Positions 24,109 to 33,895 of a stretch of 55,415 nucleotides of DNA are shown here, piece after piece (the first letter of the stretch is position 1; every line of letters starts with the position of its first letter). The position numbers and the translations under genes were made by a program. The notes under the pieces are model-generated. The model saw only the letters and a program-made list of their open reading frames with translations, was not told the DNA's origin and ran no database searches. The DNA is from Spirochaetia bacterium. Its GTDB lineage: Bacteria; Spirochaetota; Spirochaetia; DSM-27196; DATKUC01. The stretch is from NCBI GenBank assembly GCA_035530835.1, contig DATKUC010000013.1, positions 1-55,415 on the forward strand, given 5' to 3'.

Positions 24109-26277
24109 TCATTTTCCCTTCCGCTTGATCGGATTCTTCTGTCCTTTCGGTTTTGCCGCAGCTTTATTTGCCCCGGTTCCGCTCTTTTTTGTGGATTGCG
24201 GAGTCTTCCTGGTTGCCGCGCCTTGAGCGCCTCCGGCCGCCTGTCCCCTCGTTTTCGATTTCGTCGGAGTTGGGGCCGCCGGTGCGGAGCCGTCAGGATC
24301 GATATTGTGCGGTTCGCCGTCCCTGTTCGGTCCGCCCTTCTCACCGCGGGATCGACCGGCCTTGTCCACCGGAACAAAGCGGCCGTGTTCGACGCCTTTG
24401 CTTGCAAGACGAATGCCCGCCGCCTTCAGACCGCGAATTGCGAACTCAGCTACCGGGAAGAGTTGCACGACGCCGCTCTTGGCGCGTTTCCCCGGTACAA
24501 ATCGCACTTCGGCGGCGACATCCTCCTTGGTCGTGACCGCAAGCGGCGTGCAGTTCTCCGGAACTATCGAATAGTTCTTTTCCAGGATGTACTGCTCAAT
24601 TCTGCATCGCTTGATATATGCGTAGCTGTTCTCGTTCTGCAGGTAAAGCACGGTAAAAACCCGCTGAGAAAGGACTTCCTTGTCGGCAAGTCCGCACGCG
24701 AGCATCCCGCGGTCGACGAACAGGCGAACCGGCACGTCGGTTACCGAATAGATGCCGGTCTTCCTGACCACCAGAATGCGATCGAACTCCGAGACGTCGA
24801 ACAGCGGCTTGCCAGTTGAGACTTCAGTGCCGAGATAGCCCGTCTCCGCATCGTAGCGGATGGTGAGATTCTTCAGCGCAACTTCGCGGGCGTCAACGCG
24901 CTGAAACGAGATGATCTCTGTCTTGCGCGGGAACAGCGACGACTGACTCTTTATGATGCGGTCGAGAAAGCTGACTGCGTACTCGACGATGTGCTTCAGG
25001 TGATACGCAATCTCTTTCAACCGTGCACGAATCTCGGCAACTTCCTGCTTTGCCTTGTTGATGTCGTACAGCGAGATGCGTCGGATCGGGATCTTCAGCA
25101 ACCGTTCGACATCCTCGATGGTGACCTCTCGTTGAATCTGCGACTGAAACGGCACAAACCCTTTGATTACCGCCTGCGTGACCTTCTCCTGGGTCTCCAT
25201 TTCCTCGATCTTCTTGTAAATGCGCTCCTCAATGAAGATTCGCTCAAGGGTTCGTGCGTGCAGGCGATCGGTGAGCGTACGCTTTTCAAGCTCGAGTTCC
25301 GCGCGCAGAATTCGCACGAGAGTTTCTGAATGATGAGCGATGACTTCAGTCACTGTCATGGAGACGGGATTCCGGTCCTTGATGACGAGAAGATTGCAGC
25401 TGATCGACACTTCGCAGTCGGTAAATGCGTAGAGCGCGTCAATAACTTCCTGCGAATAGACTCCGCGCGCAAGCTTTATCTCGATCTCGACATTTTCAGT
25501 GGTGAAATCGTTGATACTCTGAACCTTGAGTTTGTTTCTGCGAACCGCATTCTCGATAGATTCAATGATTCCTTCGGTCGTCGTGCCGAACGGCAAATCG
25601 CGTATCAGGATGCGCTTTGGATCCGAAGTGTCGAGTTTCGCCCGGACAAGCACCTTCCCGTTTCCATCTTGATAGTCCGAGACATCCATCTGCCCGCCCG
25701 TTGGAAAGTCGGGGAACAACCTGAACGATTTTCCCTGAAGAGATGCCCTGAGTGCCTGCAGTACTTCGATCAGGTTGTGCGGCAGGATCTTTGTGGCCAT
25801 TCCTACGGCGATTCCTTCGGCCCCGAGAATAAGCACGAGAGGAATTTTCGCTGGGAACACGACCGGCTCGCGGTTGCGGCTGTCGTAGGAGTCCTCGTAT
25901 TCGGTGATCTCCGGATTGTAGAGGATCTCCTTGGCAAACGGGGTGACCCGGCACTCGATGTACCGTGAAGCTGACGCTTGATCACCGGTGAATATGTTCC
26001 CGAAGTTACCCTGCTTCTCTATGAGAAGATCCTTGTTGGCGATGTTCACGAGCGCATCGTATATTGCGGCGTCACCGTGCGGATGGTACTTCATGCAGTG
26101 ACCGACCACGTTTGCCACTTTGTGAAACTTGCCGTCGTCCATCTCGAACAGGCTGTGCAGAATCCGTCGCTGCACAGGTTTCAGTCCGTCATCGATGTGC
26201 GGTATCGCACGATCCTTGATGACGTATGAAGCGTATTCGAGAAAGTTGGTGTTGAAGAGCGTGTTTACGTAAGCCAT
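24109..26277 (-). CDS. parC: Type IIA topoisomerase subunit A (ParC/GyrA-like, short form) with a basic low-complexity tail
   Basis: PVQRRILHSL, KYHPHGD and the active-site Tyr in ASRYIECR. The C-terminal domain is reduced and is followed by an 86-aa Lys/Ala/Gly/Pro-rich tail. Confidence 0.85.
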   Translation of the reverse strand: MAYVNTLFNTNFLEYASYVIKDRAIPHIDDGLKPVQRRILHSLFEMDDGKFHKVANVVGHCMKYHPHGDAAIYDALVNIANKDLLIEKQGNFGNIFTGDQASASRYIECRVTPFAKEILYNPEITEYEDSYDSRNREPVVFPAKIPLVLILGAEGIAVGMATKILPHNLIEVLQALRASLQGKSFRLFPDFPTGGQMDVSDYQDGNGKVLVRAKLDTSDPKRILIRDLPFGTTTEGIIESIENAVRRNKLKVQSINDFTTENVEIEIKLARGVYSQEVIDALYAFTDCEVSISCNLLVIKDRNPVSMTVTEVIAHHSETLVRILRAELELEKRTLTDRLHARTLERIFIEERIYKKIEEMETQEKVTQAVIKGFVPFQSQIQREVTIEDVERLLKIPIRRISLYDINKAKQEVAEIRARLKEIAYHLKHIVEYAVSFLDRIIKSQSSLFPRKTEIISFQRVDAREVALKNLTIRYDAETGYLGTEVSTGKPLFDVSEFDRILVVRKTGIYSVTDVPVRLFVDRGMLACGLADKEVLSQRVFTVLYLQNENSYAYIKRCRIEQYILEKNYSIVPENCTPLAVTTKEDVAAEVRFVPGKRAKSGVVQLFPVAEFAIRGLKAAGIRLASKGVEHGRFVPVDKAGRSRGEKGGPNRDGEPHNIDPDGSAPAAPTPTKSKTRGQAAGGAQGAATRKTPQSTKKSGTGANKAAAKPKGQKNPIKRKGK

Positions 26278-26278
26278 C

Positions 26279-28075
26279 TCAAATCAGATTCTCCATTATG
26301 AAATCGCGCCGCTCCGGAGTATTTTTCCCCATATAGAATTCGAGCGTTCCGGGAACTTCCTTTATCGATTTCACGTTCACCCGCACCAGTCTGATGTCCG
26401 GACCGATAAACTGGCCGAACTCCTTCGGCGATATCTCTCCGAGTCCTTTGAAGCGCGTTACCTCGGCTCCCGCGAGTTTCTTCATGTCGTCGTCCCGTTC
26501 CTTGTTGCTGTAACAGTAGCGGGTCTCCCGTTTGTTGCGCACTCTGAAAAGCGGCGTCTCAAGAATGTAGAGTCGACCGGCAATGACGAGCTCCTCGAAG
26601 TAGGTCAGAAAGAAGGTGAGCAACAGGTTGCGAATGTGAAAGCCGTCGTGGTCCGCATCGGTCGCGATAACGATTCGGCCGTAGCGCAGTCCCTCAACGT
26701 CATTCTCGATGCCGAGCGCCATCATCATGTTGTACAGCTCTTCGTTCTTATAGATGTCCGCGCGTTTGCGAGCGAACATGTTCTGCGGTTTGCCGCGAAG
26801 GCTGAAAACCGCCTGCGTGTACACGTCACGCGAGGAGACCATCGATCCGGACGCAGACAGCCCTTCGGTGATGAAGAGCGTCGACTTTTCGCCGGATTCG
26901 CCGTCCTCGAGGTGCTGCTTGCAGTCCCTGAGATTCGGTATCTTCAGCGCTATCTTCTTCGCAGCTTCCCGCGCCTGCGTTTTTACCGCGTTCAGTTCCT
27001 TGCGCAATCGCTCGTTGCTTTCGATCTTCTCGACCAGCTTGCGAGCCGCCTTTTCATTGCGCGAAAGGAACTCGACAACGCCGGACATCGTTTCGTTCAC
27101 GATCCAGCTGCGGATTTCAGTATTTCCCAGTTTGTTTTTAGTCTGACTCTCAAAGACAGGCGACTTGAGCTTCACCGCCACGGCGCCGGCTATTCCTTCG
27201 CGAACGTCGACGCCTGAGTAGTTCTTGTTGAAGTACTCGTTTACTCCCTTCAGAAAGCCTTCCCGGAATGCGCTTTGATGGGTACCCCCGTCGCTTGTGT
27301 ACTGTCCGTTCACGAAAGAGAAATAGCTTTCGCCGTAGTTTTGCGTATGGGTAAATGCAAACTCGAGGAACTGTCCCTTGTAGTAGGCAATATCGTATGT
27401 TGCCGAATCGCCGACTTCGGCCTGAAGCAGATCGTACAGTCCTTTTTCGGACTGAAACTTCCGTTCACCAAACTCGAGGATGAGCCCGCTGTTCAGATAT
27501 GCATAGTTCCACAATCGCTGCTCGATGAACTCGAAGTTGTATGCGTACTCCCCGAAGATCTCGTGGTCGGGAATGAACTCGACGTAGGTTCCATTCGGTT
27601 GCTTCGAGATCCTGCCCTGACGTTTGCTCTTCAGCACTCCCTGTTCGAATACGCCCTCGAAGAACGCGCCATCCCGATAGGAAATAACCCGAAACGCTGA
27701 GGAGAGCGCATTCACCGCTTTGGTGCCAACGCCGTTCAGGCCGACGCTGAACTGGAACACATCGTCGTTGTACTTCGCGCCGGTATTGATAATCGACACA
27801 CATTCAATGACCTTGCCCAGGGGTATCCCGCGTCCATAATCGCGAACCGAAACCTTGCCGGCTTCGATCTTTACGACAACGCGAGTTCCGTGCCCCATGA
27901 TGTATTCATCGACACTGTTGTCGATGACCTCCTTGAGCAGAATGTAGATGCCGTCGTCGAGATTGGTACCATCGCCCAAACGGCCAATATACATGCCGGT
28001 GCGAAGCCGAATGTGTTCAAGCGAGGAAAGCGTCTTTATCTTGCTCTCGTCGTAGGAAGAAGATTTCGTTGCCAT
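26279..28075 (-). CDS. parE: Type IIA topoisomerase subunit B (ParE/GyrB-like)
   Basis: LEHIRLRTGMYIG and DNSVDE (GHKL ATPase); EGLSASG and ATDADHDG (Toprim). It ends 1 nt before the parC start. ATG 28075 is preferred over TTG 28096. Confidence 0.85.
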   Translation of the reverse strand: MATKSSSYDESKIKTLSSLEHIRLRTGMYIGRLGDGTNLDDGIYILLKEVIDNSVDEYIMGHGTRVVVKIEAGKVSVRDYGRGIPLGKVIECVSIINTGAKYNDDVFQFSVGLNGVGTKAVNALSSAFRVISYRDGAFFEGVFEQGVLKSKRQGRISKQPNGTYVEFIPDHEIFGEYAYNFEFIEQRLWNYAYLNSGLILEFGERKFQSEKGLYDLLQAEVGDSATYDIAYYKGQFLEFAFTHTQNYGESYFSFVNGQYTSDGGTHQSAFREGFLKGVNEYFNKNYSGVDVREGIAGAVAVKLKSPVFESQTKNKLGNTEIRSWIVNETMSGVVEFLSRNEKAARKLVEKIESNERLRKELNAVKTQAREAAKKIALKIPNLRDCKQHLEDGESGEKSTLFITEGLSASGSMVSSRDVYTQAVFSLRGKPQNMFARKRADIYKNEELYNMMMALGIENDVEGLRYGRIVIATDADHDGFHIRNLLLTFFLTYFEELVIAGRLYILETPLFRVRNKRETRYCYSNKERDDDMKKLAGAEVTRFKGLGEISPKEFGQFIGPDIRLVRVNVKSIKEVPGTLEFYMGKNTPERRDFIMENLI

Positions 28076-28167
28076 GTTTTTCCGATGTACTCTCAATCCG
28101 GGGGAGGATGATTGCCGCCACGCGAACGGCTCCCCGCTCTTGCGCCGCTAATTTGATATGCAGCGCA

Positions 28168-28196
28168 AATATAGCACAAATGCCGGGGACTGACAA
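28168..28196 (-). promoter_or_regulatory. Sigma70-like promoter TTGTCA-N17-TATATT for parE-parC
   Basis: On the minus strand, TTGTCA is at 28196-28191 and TATATT at 28173-28168. This leaves a leader of about 85 nt containing two GC-rich hairpins. Confidence 0.45.
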
Positions 28197-28221
28197 AGGG
28201 TGGGATGCAACTGCCTCAATC

Positions 28222-28250
28222 TTGCTATTATGAACGATTTCGCGCACAAT
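28222..28250 (+). promoter_or_regulatory. Sigma70-like promoter TTGCTA-N17-CACAAT ending 6 nt before ATG 28257 (leaderless geometry)
   Basis: Read directly from the sequence. There is no SD between the -10 element and the ATG. Confidence 0.4.
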
Positions 28251-28256
28251 GCGCCA

Positions 28257-29249
28257 ATGATCCTGAACGAAAGTTCACCCAGAAAAGTTACGGCAGGTCT
28301 GGTCGTCATCGTTATTGTCGTCACATCGCTGCTTGCCGCAGGTTGCGCGACCGCTAAACCTGCCGCACCCGTGACCCCGTCCGCTGACTCGGCATCGCAG
28401 AAGAGTTCGACGGTGAGTGTGGCTGACCTGCAGAAGCAGATTTCAGGCGATCAGAAGGCACTCGCAGACGCGAATGATCGGCTGCAGAAGCTGACGGCGC
28501 AAATGTCTGAAGTTGAGCAGAAGAACCAGGATCTGACGAATCGTAACAATGAGCTTACGAAAGTTCTGGGTAGAATTGCCTACGAACAGAAAAAATCGAC
28601 CGAACAGCTGACCGCGGAAGCAAGTGCGTCTCAGACGGCGGCGACGCTCAGCGGATCCGGTGCCGGCGCCGGGCATTCGCTTACAGCGGACTCAATGGTC
28701 CTTGATACGCTCACGTCGGACGGCGAACACGTCCTGACAGACGCCCGCGCCAATGCGCCCGCAGGTACGCCGCTATTTCTGTCGGTCCGCTATAAGGATA
28801 ACGGCCCGCCGACACTCATGCTGACCTGTGAGTACCGGTATCCGGTATATTCGGACCCGTTTCTTACCCGTTCGATCACAGTGGTTGAGGGAAAGACTTC
28901 GATTTCGTTACCTCTGGACAGATTTACCGTCGAATGGTATCGGAGCGGACCATTCCGGGTCGAAGCATATACAACCAGTGACGTAACGACGATAGAAACC
29001 GTCCTCTCGCTGCTGCTCGGCAAAGCTGAGCCGGCAACGAGCGCCGGCTCGCAGGCGGCGACACTGCAGCCGCCGTCGGTCGTGCAGACGGGAATTTCTT
29101 CATCTGTTACCGGAATTGTGACGCCCAATGAGCTTCAGGCGCTGTCGAATATGCTCTACGCCTACCACGAACTCGGCGGAAAATCGATGGAGAACCTCGG
29201 CTCGACACGCGCTGCGCCGCCGCAGCAAGCTGCAGCGACGGCGAACTGA
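28257..29249 (+). CDS. Lipoprotein with N-terminal coiled coil, function unknown
   Basis: Lipobox LLAAGC after a TM-like signal. A heptad-like region follows (LQKQISGDQKALADANDRLQKLTAQMSEVEQKNQDLTNRNNELTK). The C-terminal domain is uncharacterised. Confidence 0.55.
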   Translation: MILNESSPRKVTAGLVVIVIVVTSLLAAGCATAKPAAPVTPSADSASQKSSTVSVADLQKQISGDQKALADANDRLQKLTAQMSEVEQKNQDLTNRNNELTKVLGRIAYEQKKSTEQLTAEASASQTAATLSGSGAGAGHSLTADSMVLDTLTSDGEHVLTDARANAPAGTPLFLSVRYKDNGPPTLMLTCEYRYPVYSDPFLTRSITVVEGKTSISLPLDRFTVEWYRSGPFRVEAYTTSDVTTIETVLSLLLGKAEPATSAGSQAATLQPPSVVQTGISSSVTGIVTPNELQALSNMLYAYHELGGKSMENLGSTRAAPPQQAAATAN

Positions 29250-29283
29250 GCAGCGCTCCGGGGCGCCCCTCTGAGTTCCGGCT

Positions 29284-31806
29284 CTAGTTGTTCATTTCGA
29301 CCGGCAGCTTGTCACCTTCTGCCGGCTGGGCTTTTACTCCCGAGCGGAAGTGTATCTTCCCGTTGCGAAGGCCCACTACGATGTGGCTGCCGGCAGTAAA
29401 CCGTCCCTTCAGTATCTCCATCGCGAGTGGATCCTCGATTTCCCGCTGAATCACTCTGCGAAGCGGCCGAGCGCCGAACTTCGCGTCGTATCCTGTCTCA
29501 ATCAGGTATTCCTTGGTTGTCGACTTGACTTCCAGAATGATCTCCCGTTCGGCAAGGCGAGTCTGAACGTCCGCAAGCAGGATGTCGATGATCTGCCTGA
29601 TCTCTTTCTTCTCGAGGCTGTGGAAGACGACAACTTCATCGATGCGATTGATGAACTCGGGCCGGAACACTTTTCGCAACTCGTTCATGGCGCTCGCCTT
29701 GATTTCGCGGTAGTCAAGCACGCCCTGAAGCGGCTGGAATCCCACCATCGACTCGCGGGTAATTTCGCGGGCGCCGGCATTTGAGGTCATGATGAGCACC
29801 GTGTTGCGGAAGCTCACGGTGTGCCCGAGATTATCCTGCAGCTGCCCCTCTTCGAGTACCTGAAGCAGGATATTGAACACGTCCGGATGAGCCTTTTCGA
29901 TCTCGTCGAGCAGGACGACGCTGTACGGCCTGCGGCGAATCTTCTCGGTCAGCAGCCCGCCCTCTTCGTAGCCGACGTATCCGGGAGGTGCTCCCACGAG
30001 ACGGGAGACGTTGTGCTTCTCCATGAAATCCGACATATCGATACGGATGAGCGCATCGGCATTGCCGAACATGAACTCTGCGAGCGTCTTGGCAAGAAGC
30101 GTCTTGCCGACACCGGTTGGTCCGAGGAAAATGAACGAACCCATCGGCCTGTTCGGAGAGCTCAGACCGGTCCGTGACCGACGGATCGAGGATGCGATGA
30201 CACCGATCGCTTCATCCTGCGCAATGACAGTTCTGTGCAATTCCTTCTCAATCTGCAGAAGTTTCTCGCTCTCGGTCTGCGCTATGCGGGAAAGCGGAAT
30301 TCCGGTCATTTCAGATATGACAAACTGAATGTCTTCGGCATCGACCACATTATGCTCGGTCTTGAGAGTCACCTTCCACTCGGTCTTCATGTCCTCGACC
30401 CGCGATCGCAGCTCACGCACCTGATCGCGAACTGCTGCGGCGCGCTCGTAGTTCTGCGAATTGACCAGGGCGAGCTTCTCCTGATTCAGCCTGTCGATCT
30501 CGCCTTCAAGATCGGCAAGCTCGGTTGGTCGAACGCTGTTTGAAATGCGCTTTCGCGCCCCCGCCTCGTCGATCAGATCGATTGCCTTGTCCGGAAGGAA
30601 ACGTTCGGTGATGTAGCGACGCGAAAGCATCGCTGAAACTTCGATCGCTCCGGGGGTATAGGAGACATTGTGATGATCCTCGTAGCGGGATTTTATCCCC
30701 TTCAGGATTTCGATCGTCTCTGAAACCGACGGCTCGTTCACGAAGATCGTCTGGAAGCGACGCTCGAGTGCTGCATCCTTTTCGATGTACTTCTTGTATT
30801 CGTTCAGCGTTGTTGCGCCGATGCACTGGATTTCTCCACGGGAGAGGGCTGGTTTCAGCATATTGGATGCATCAATCGCGCCTTCTGCTCCGCCCGCCCC
30901 GATGATCGTATGCAGCTCATCGATGAAGAGAATCACGTTACCGGCGTTCATGATCTCCTTCATGACCCGCTTCAGGCGCTCCTCGAACTCGCCACGATAC
31001 TTGGTACCGGCGATGAGTGATGCAAGGTCGAGCGTAAGCACTCGCTTGCCGAGCAGCACCTCAGGAGCAGTACCATCCACTATGCGCTGCGCGAGACCTT
31101 CCACAATGGCGGTTTTTCCCACGCCTGGTTCGCCGATAAGCACCGGATTGTTTTTAGTCCGCCTCGCGAGGATCTGGATCACGCGCTGAATTTCCTTTTC
31201 CCGACCGACAACCGGATCCAGTTTGTCGGCACGCGCAAGTTCGGTGAGATCACGTGAAAACTCGTCGAGAGTCGGTGTCGCTTTCTTGGCTTGCTGACTC
31301 GAGACACTCTTCTTCTTGCCGCCCTGGCCCTGCGAGAAGCGTCCCGAGGTTCCGCCGCTAGCAGCCGCACTGCCTGACAGCTCGGCGACGATTTCGCGAA
31401 GCATATCCACGGTGATGTTGTGCTTTTCCAGATACTTCAGCGTTTCACTCTCCTGCTCGCGAGCGCAGGCAAGCAAAAGATGTTCGGTGCCTATGTATTC
31501 ATGGCCGAGGTTTCTCGCCTCTTCAGCCGAATCCTCGAGCACTTTGCGCCCGCGGGGCGAGGGTGGGACGTCACCGAGAATGAAACCACCGCGCTTTCTC
31601 GGTATGATCTTCTCGATCTCGAATTGCATCTTCGCGGGATCGATCATTGCCTTCTGGAGAGCCTTGTAGCCAAGCCCTCCGCCCTCTTTCAGCAAAGCGA
31701 GCATGATGTGTTCAGGCAATAATTGATCAGAGTGAAAGCGCTTGGCTTCATCTTGCGCGAGTATGGTGAGCACCTTCTGTGCCCGCTGCGTCAAACCTTT
31801 GAACAT
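29284..31806 (-). CDS. clpC: ATP-dependent Clp protease ATP-binding subunit ClpC
   Basis: Two Clp_N repeats, Walker A motifs GEPGVGKT and GPTGVGKT, a UVR-like middle domain and a length of 840 aa. GGGAGGA SD. Confidence 0.9.
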   Translation of the reverse strand: MFKGLTQRAQKVLTILAQDEAKRFHSDQLLPEHIMLALLKEGGGLGYKALQKAMIDPAKMQFEIEKIIPRKRGGFILGDVPPSPRGRKVLEDSAEEARNLGHEYIGTEHLLLACAREQESETLKYLEKHNITVDMLREIVAELSGSAAASGGTSGRFSQGQGGKKKSVSSQQAKKATPTLDEFSRDLTELARADKLDPVVGREKEIQRVIQILARRTKNNPVLIGEPGVGKTAIVEGLAQRIVDGTAPEVLLGKRVLTLDLASLIAGTKYRGEFEERLKRVMKEIMNAGNVILFIDELHTIIGAGGAEGAIDASNMLKPALSRGEIQCIGATTLNEYKKYIEKDAALERRFQTIFVNEPSVSETIEILKGIKSRYEDHHNVSYTPGAIEVSAMLSRRYITERFLPDKAIDLIDEAGARKRISNSVRPTELADLEGEIDRLNQEKLALVNSQNYERAAAVRDQVRELRSRVEDMKTEWKVTLKTEHNVVDAEDIQFVISEMTGIPLSRIAQTESEKLLQIEKELHRTVIAQDEAIGVIASSIRRSRTGLSSPNRPMGSFIFLGPTGVGKTLLAKTLAEFMFGNADALIRIDMSDFMEKHNVSRLVGAPPGYVGYEEGGLLTEKIRRRPYSVVLLDEIEKAHPDVFNILLQVLEEGQLQDNLGHTVSFRNTVLIMTSNAGAREITRESMVGFQPLQGVLDYREIKASAMNELRKVFRPEFINRIDEVVVFHSLEKKEIRQIIDILLADVQTRLAEREIILEVKSTTKEYLIETGYDAKFGARPLRRVIQREIEDPLAMEILKGRFTAGSHIVVGLRNGKIHFRSGVKAQPAEGDKLPVEMNN

Positions 31807-31933
31807 GCAATCCTCCCAAACTGCTCAGCGTCACCTGTTCGGTCAGTACGGTTGAGCTTACGGCCGTCGGCAGGGGATGCTGCTTGCGCAGCTACTTCCA
31901 CCAACACTTACAGAAAACAGGCGGCTGCCCCGA

Positions 31934-33097
31934 TCATCCGACCGGAAAGAGGTGTTGCTGCACGAGTGCCGCCCGCCGCTCGTCGATCGCCGCCGACTCC
32001 ATCGCTGGAAATCCGACGGTGCTTCCATCATCAGGGGCATTTTCCATCGTGCCGTCCTCAGATTCAGCAGCATCGAAAGCGTGCAGAATATGTGAACGCT
32101 GGGAAATGAACAGTAGCGACGTCACGGTTTCCGTCCGGACATCTGGAACCAGCCCAAGTGAAATACCAAGCCGTACCGCCGAAAGTGACTCCACCGCATC
32201 ACGGTAACTCAACGAAGACGCTTCCTGCAGACTCACCTGGGCAGCCGCAATTCGGTCCGTCGTCGCCGTGCGCTTTGAGCCCTTCATCAGATCCCGGCGC
32301 GCTTTCTGCTCATAATGTACCAACTGACTGGTCGTCTTAGCAAGCTTTTCCACTATGTCACGCTCGTCGACTCCGATCGTAATCAGATTCGACACCTGAT
32401 ACATGTCGCCGAGAGAACGGCGAGCCTGGGTGTTCTCGTCGGACACCCAGAAGCCCTTCACCATGAAGCCGGAGCGGGCCATGGTCTCAAAAACCTCGGG
32501 CGCGCGGTCGGTCTCCATGAGAGCCGGCAGATGGAGCAGCACCGAAGCACGCATGCCGGTCCCGATATTCGTGATCTCCGAATTGAGATAACCCCACTCC
32601 AGCGACACCGAATAGGGAATCACCTCCTCGATGAGCCGGTCCACACGATCAATCTCCTCGTATGCATCCCGAATCTGATTTCCACCGCGCAGAACCGACA
32701 ACCTGAGATGGTCCACCATGTTTACCGATGCGGCAAATCGTTCATCGGACCGCAGAATGAGCACGGTGTGGACCGTATCAGAAAAATCATCGGCAGCGAG
32801 ATTGCGCTCGAGCAGCAGAGTTCGTGACCAGGGGTGCAGACGCGAGGGATCAATCACCAGATACTCTCGCGAACTGAACTTGTCCTGGAAGATCTGCGCA
32901 ATACCGGTCGCCACGGCCTGCTCCTCGGTTGAGCTCATGAATCCCGGGAAGGGTAATCCGGCAACGTTCCGTGCAAGCCGCACTCGCGTGGAGACGACAA
33001 CATCGTAGTCCGGGCCGACTTCCGTGAACCAGCTCTTGTGTTCACCGAGCCCCATTGATTCGGGCCATCCGCCGGCGCGTGCACTATTTCGGATCAT
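31934..33097 (-). CDS. mcsB: Protein arginine kinase McsB (ATP:guanido phosphotransferase)
   Basis: VVVSTRVRLARNVAGLPFP, SLEWGYLNSEITNIGTGMRASV, and the C-terminal SAVRLGISLGLV. ATG 33097 is preceded by AGGAAGG at 7 nt. Other in-frame starts are at 33175, 33118 and 33055. Confidence 0.8.
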   Translation of the reverse strand: MIRNSARAGGWPESMGLGEHKSWFTEVGPDYDVVVSTRVRLARNVAGLPFPGFMSSTEEQAVATGIAQIFQDKFSSREYLVIDPSRLHPWSRTLLLERNLAADDFSDTVHTVLILRSDERFAASVNMVDHLRLSVLRGGNQIRDAYEEIDRVDRLIEEVIPYSVSLEWGYLNSEITNIGTGMRASVLLHLPALMETDRAPEVFETMARSGFMVKGFWVSDENTQARRSLGDMYQVSNLITIGVDERDIVEKLAKTTSQLVHYEQKARRDLMKGSKRTATTDRIAAAQVSLQEASSLSYRDAVESLSAVRLGISLGLVPDVRTETVTSLLFISQRSHILHAFDAAESEDGTMENAPDDGSTVGFPAMESAAIDERRAALVQQHLFPVG

Positions 33098-33821
33098 CTG
33101 AAAGTCCTTCCTGTCCATCCAGTCGATGGATTTCACGCTTGATGCGCCCCGCCTCCTCATAGTCTTCCCGCTCAACGGCTTCCTGCAAATCCCGGGTCAG
33201 ACGTTCGCGGTCCATGAAGATGTACCGGTACCGCCGGTATCGTTCCGGGAGCCTCCCGATATGCCGCGCGGCAAACGATTGCTCCTTCAGCACTGTTTCT
33301 ATGATCGGCCGAAAAACCGTGTAGCAATGCACACAACCGACACGACCGGTTTTTTTTAGCTGCGAGAGGGTGAGGCCACAGGACGGACACTCTCGACCGT
33401 TCGCCGGCACATCGTCTCCGGGAAACGAATGGTCACGCCTGACCGAGGGGCGCTCAGCGGGTCCTCGGGAAGCCTGTGACCGCTCCCCGACCTTGTTTGC
33501 ATCTGCTGCGGCCGGCGATGAGTTTTCGGACCGGTTGGACGTTCCTTCCGCCGGTCGATCGGCAGACGCATCTGCGCTGCGCGCATCCGCACTGTCGGCA
33601 GCAGGCGCGCCGGGTTTCTTCCGCCGCTTCGAGACGCGCTGGCGCAGGAGACCGGAAAGCAGGTCGGCAATCCGCGGCTCTATGGCCGGTTCCTTATCGT
33701 CGATACCGTGCTTGTCGGCGCAGGACCGGCAAAGCCAGATATCCTCGGTCACCGGTCCCATTATCGTCTGAATGCGAATGACAGCATCGTCATTTCCGCA
33801 AGATATACATGTCTGTGCCAT
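33084..33821 (-). CDS. mcsA: McsA-like zinc-ribbon / UVR-motif activator of McsB
   Basis: CISCG...CRSC and CPSCG...GCVHCY zinc ribbons. The C-terminal UVR-like motif is RDLQEAVEREDYEEAGRIKREIHRL. A long Ala/Asp/Ser/Arg-rich linker lies between the ribbons. Confidence 0.7.
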   Translation of the reverse strand: MAQTCISCGNDDAVIRIQTIMGPVTEDIWLCRSCADKHGIDDKEPAIEPRIADLLSGLLRQRVSKRRKKPGAPAADSADARSADASADRPAEGTSNRSENSSPAAADANKVGERSQASRGPAERPSVRRDHSFPGDDVPANGRECPSCGLTLSQLKKTGRVGCVHCYTVFRPIIETVLKEQSFAARHIGRLPERYRRYRYIFMDRERLTRDLQEAVEREDYEEAGRIKREIHRLDGQEGLSDDPK

Positions 33822-33895
33822 GTTCCTTCGCTTCGCCGGCAGGACGCATGATCGCCCTTACGCACCGTCGTCATTATTGTACCCCAGATCCGGCA

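Noticed and set aside
23905-24819. 304-aa ORF antisense to the parC 3' region
   Set aside because: Low-complexity Arg/Ser/Leu-rich translation opposite a clearly coding topoisomerase gene.
29250-29283. GGGGCGCCCC palindrome between the convergent lipoprotein and clpC genes as a terminator
   Set aside because: The palindrome has no loop and cannot form a stable hairpin as written. There is no T tract.
33370-33700. Low-complexity Ala/Asp/Ser/Arg-rich stretch in mcsA as a DNA repeat or inserted element
   Set aside because: There is no tandem repeat unit at the DNA level. The reading frame is continuous with zinc ribbons on both sides, so it is interpreted as a disordered linker.
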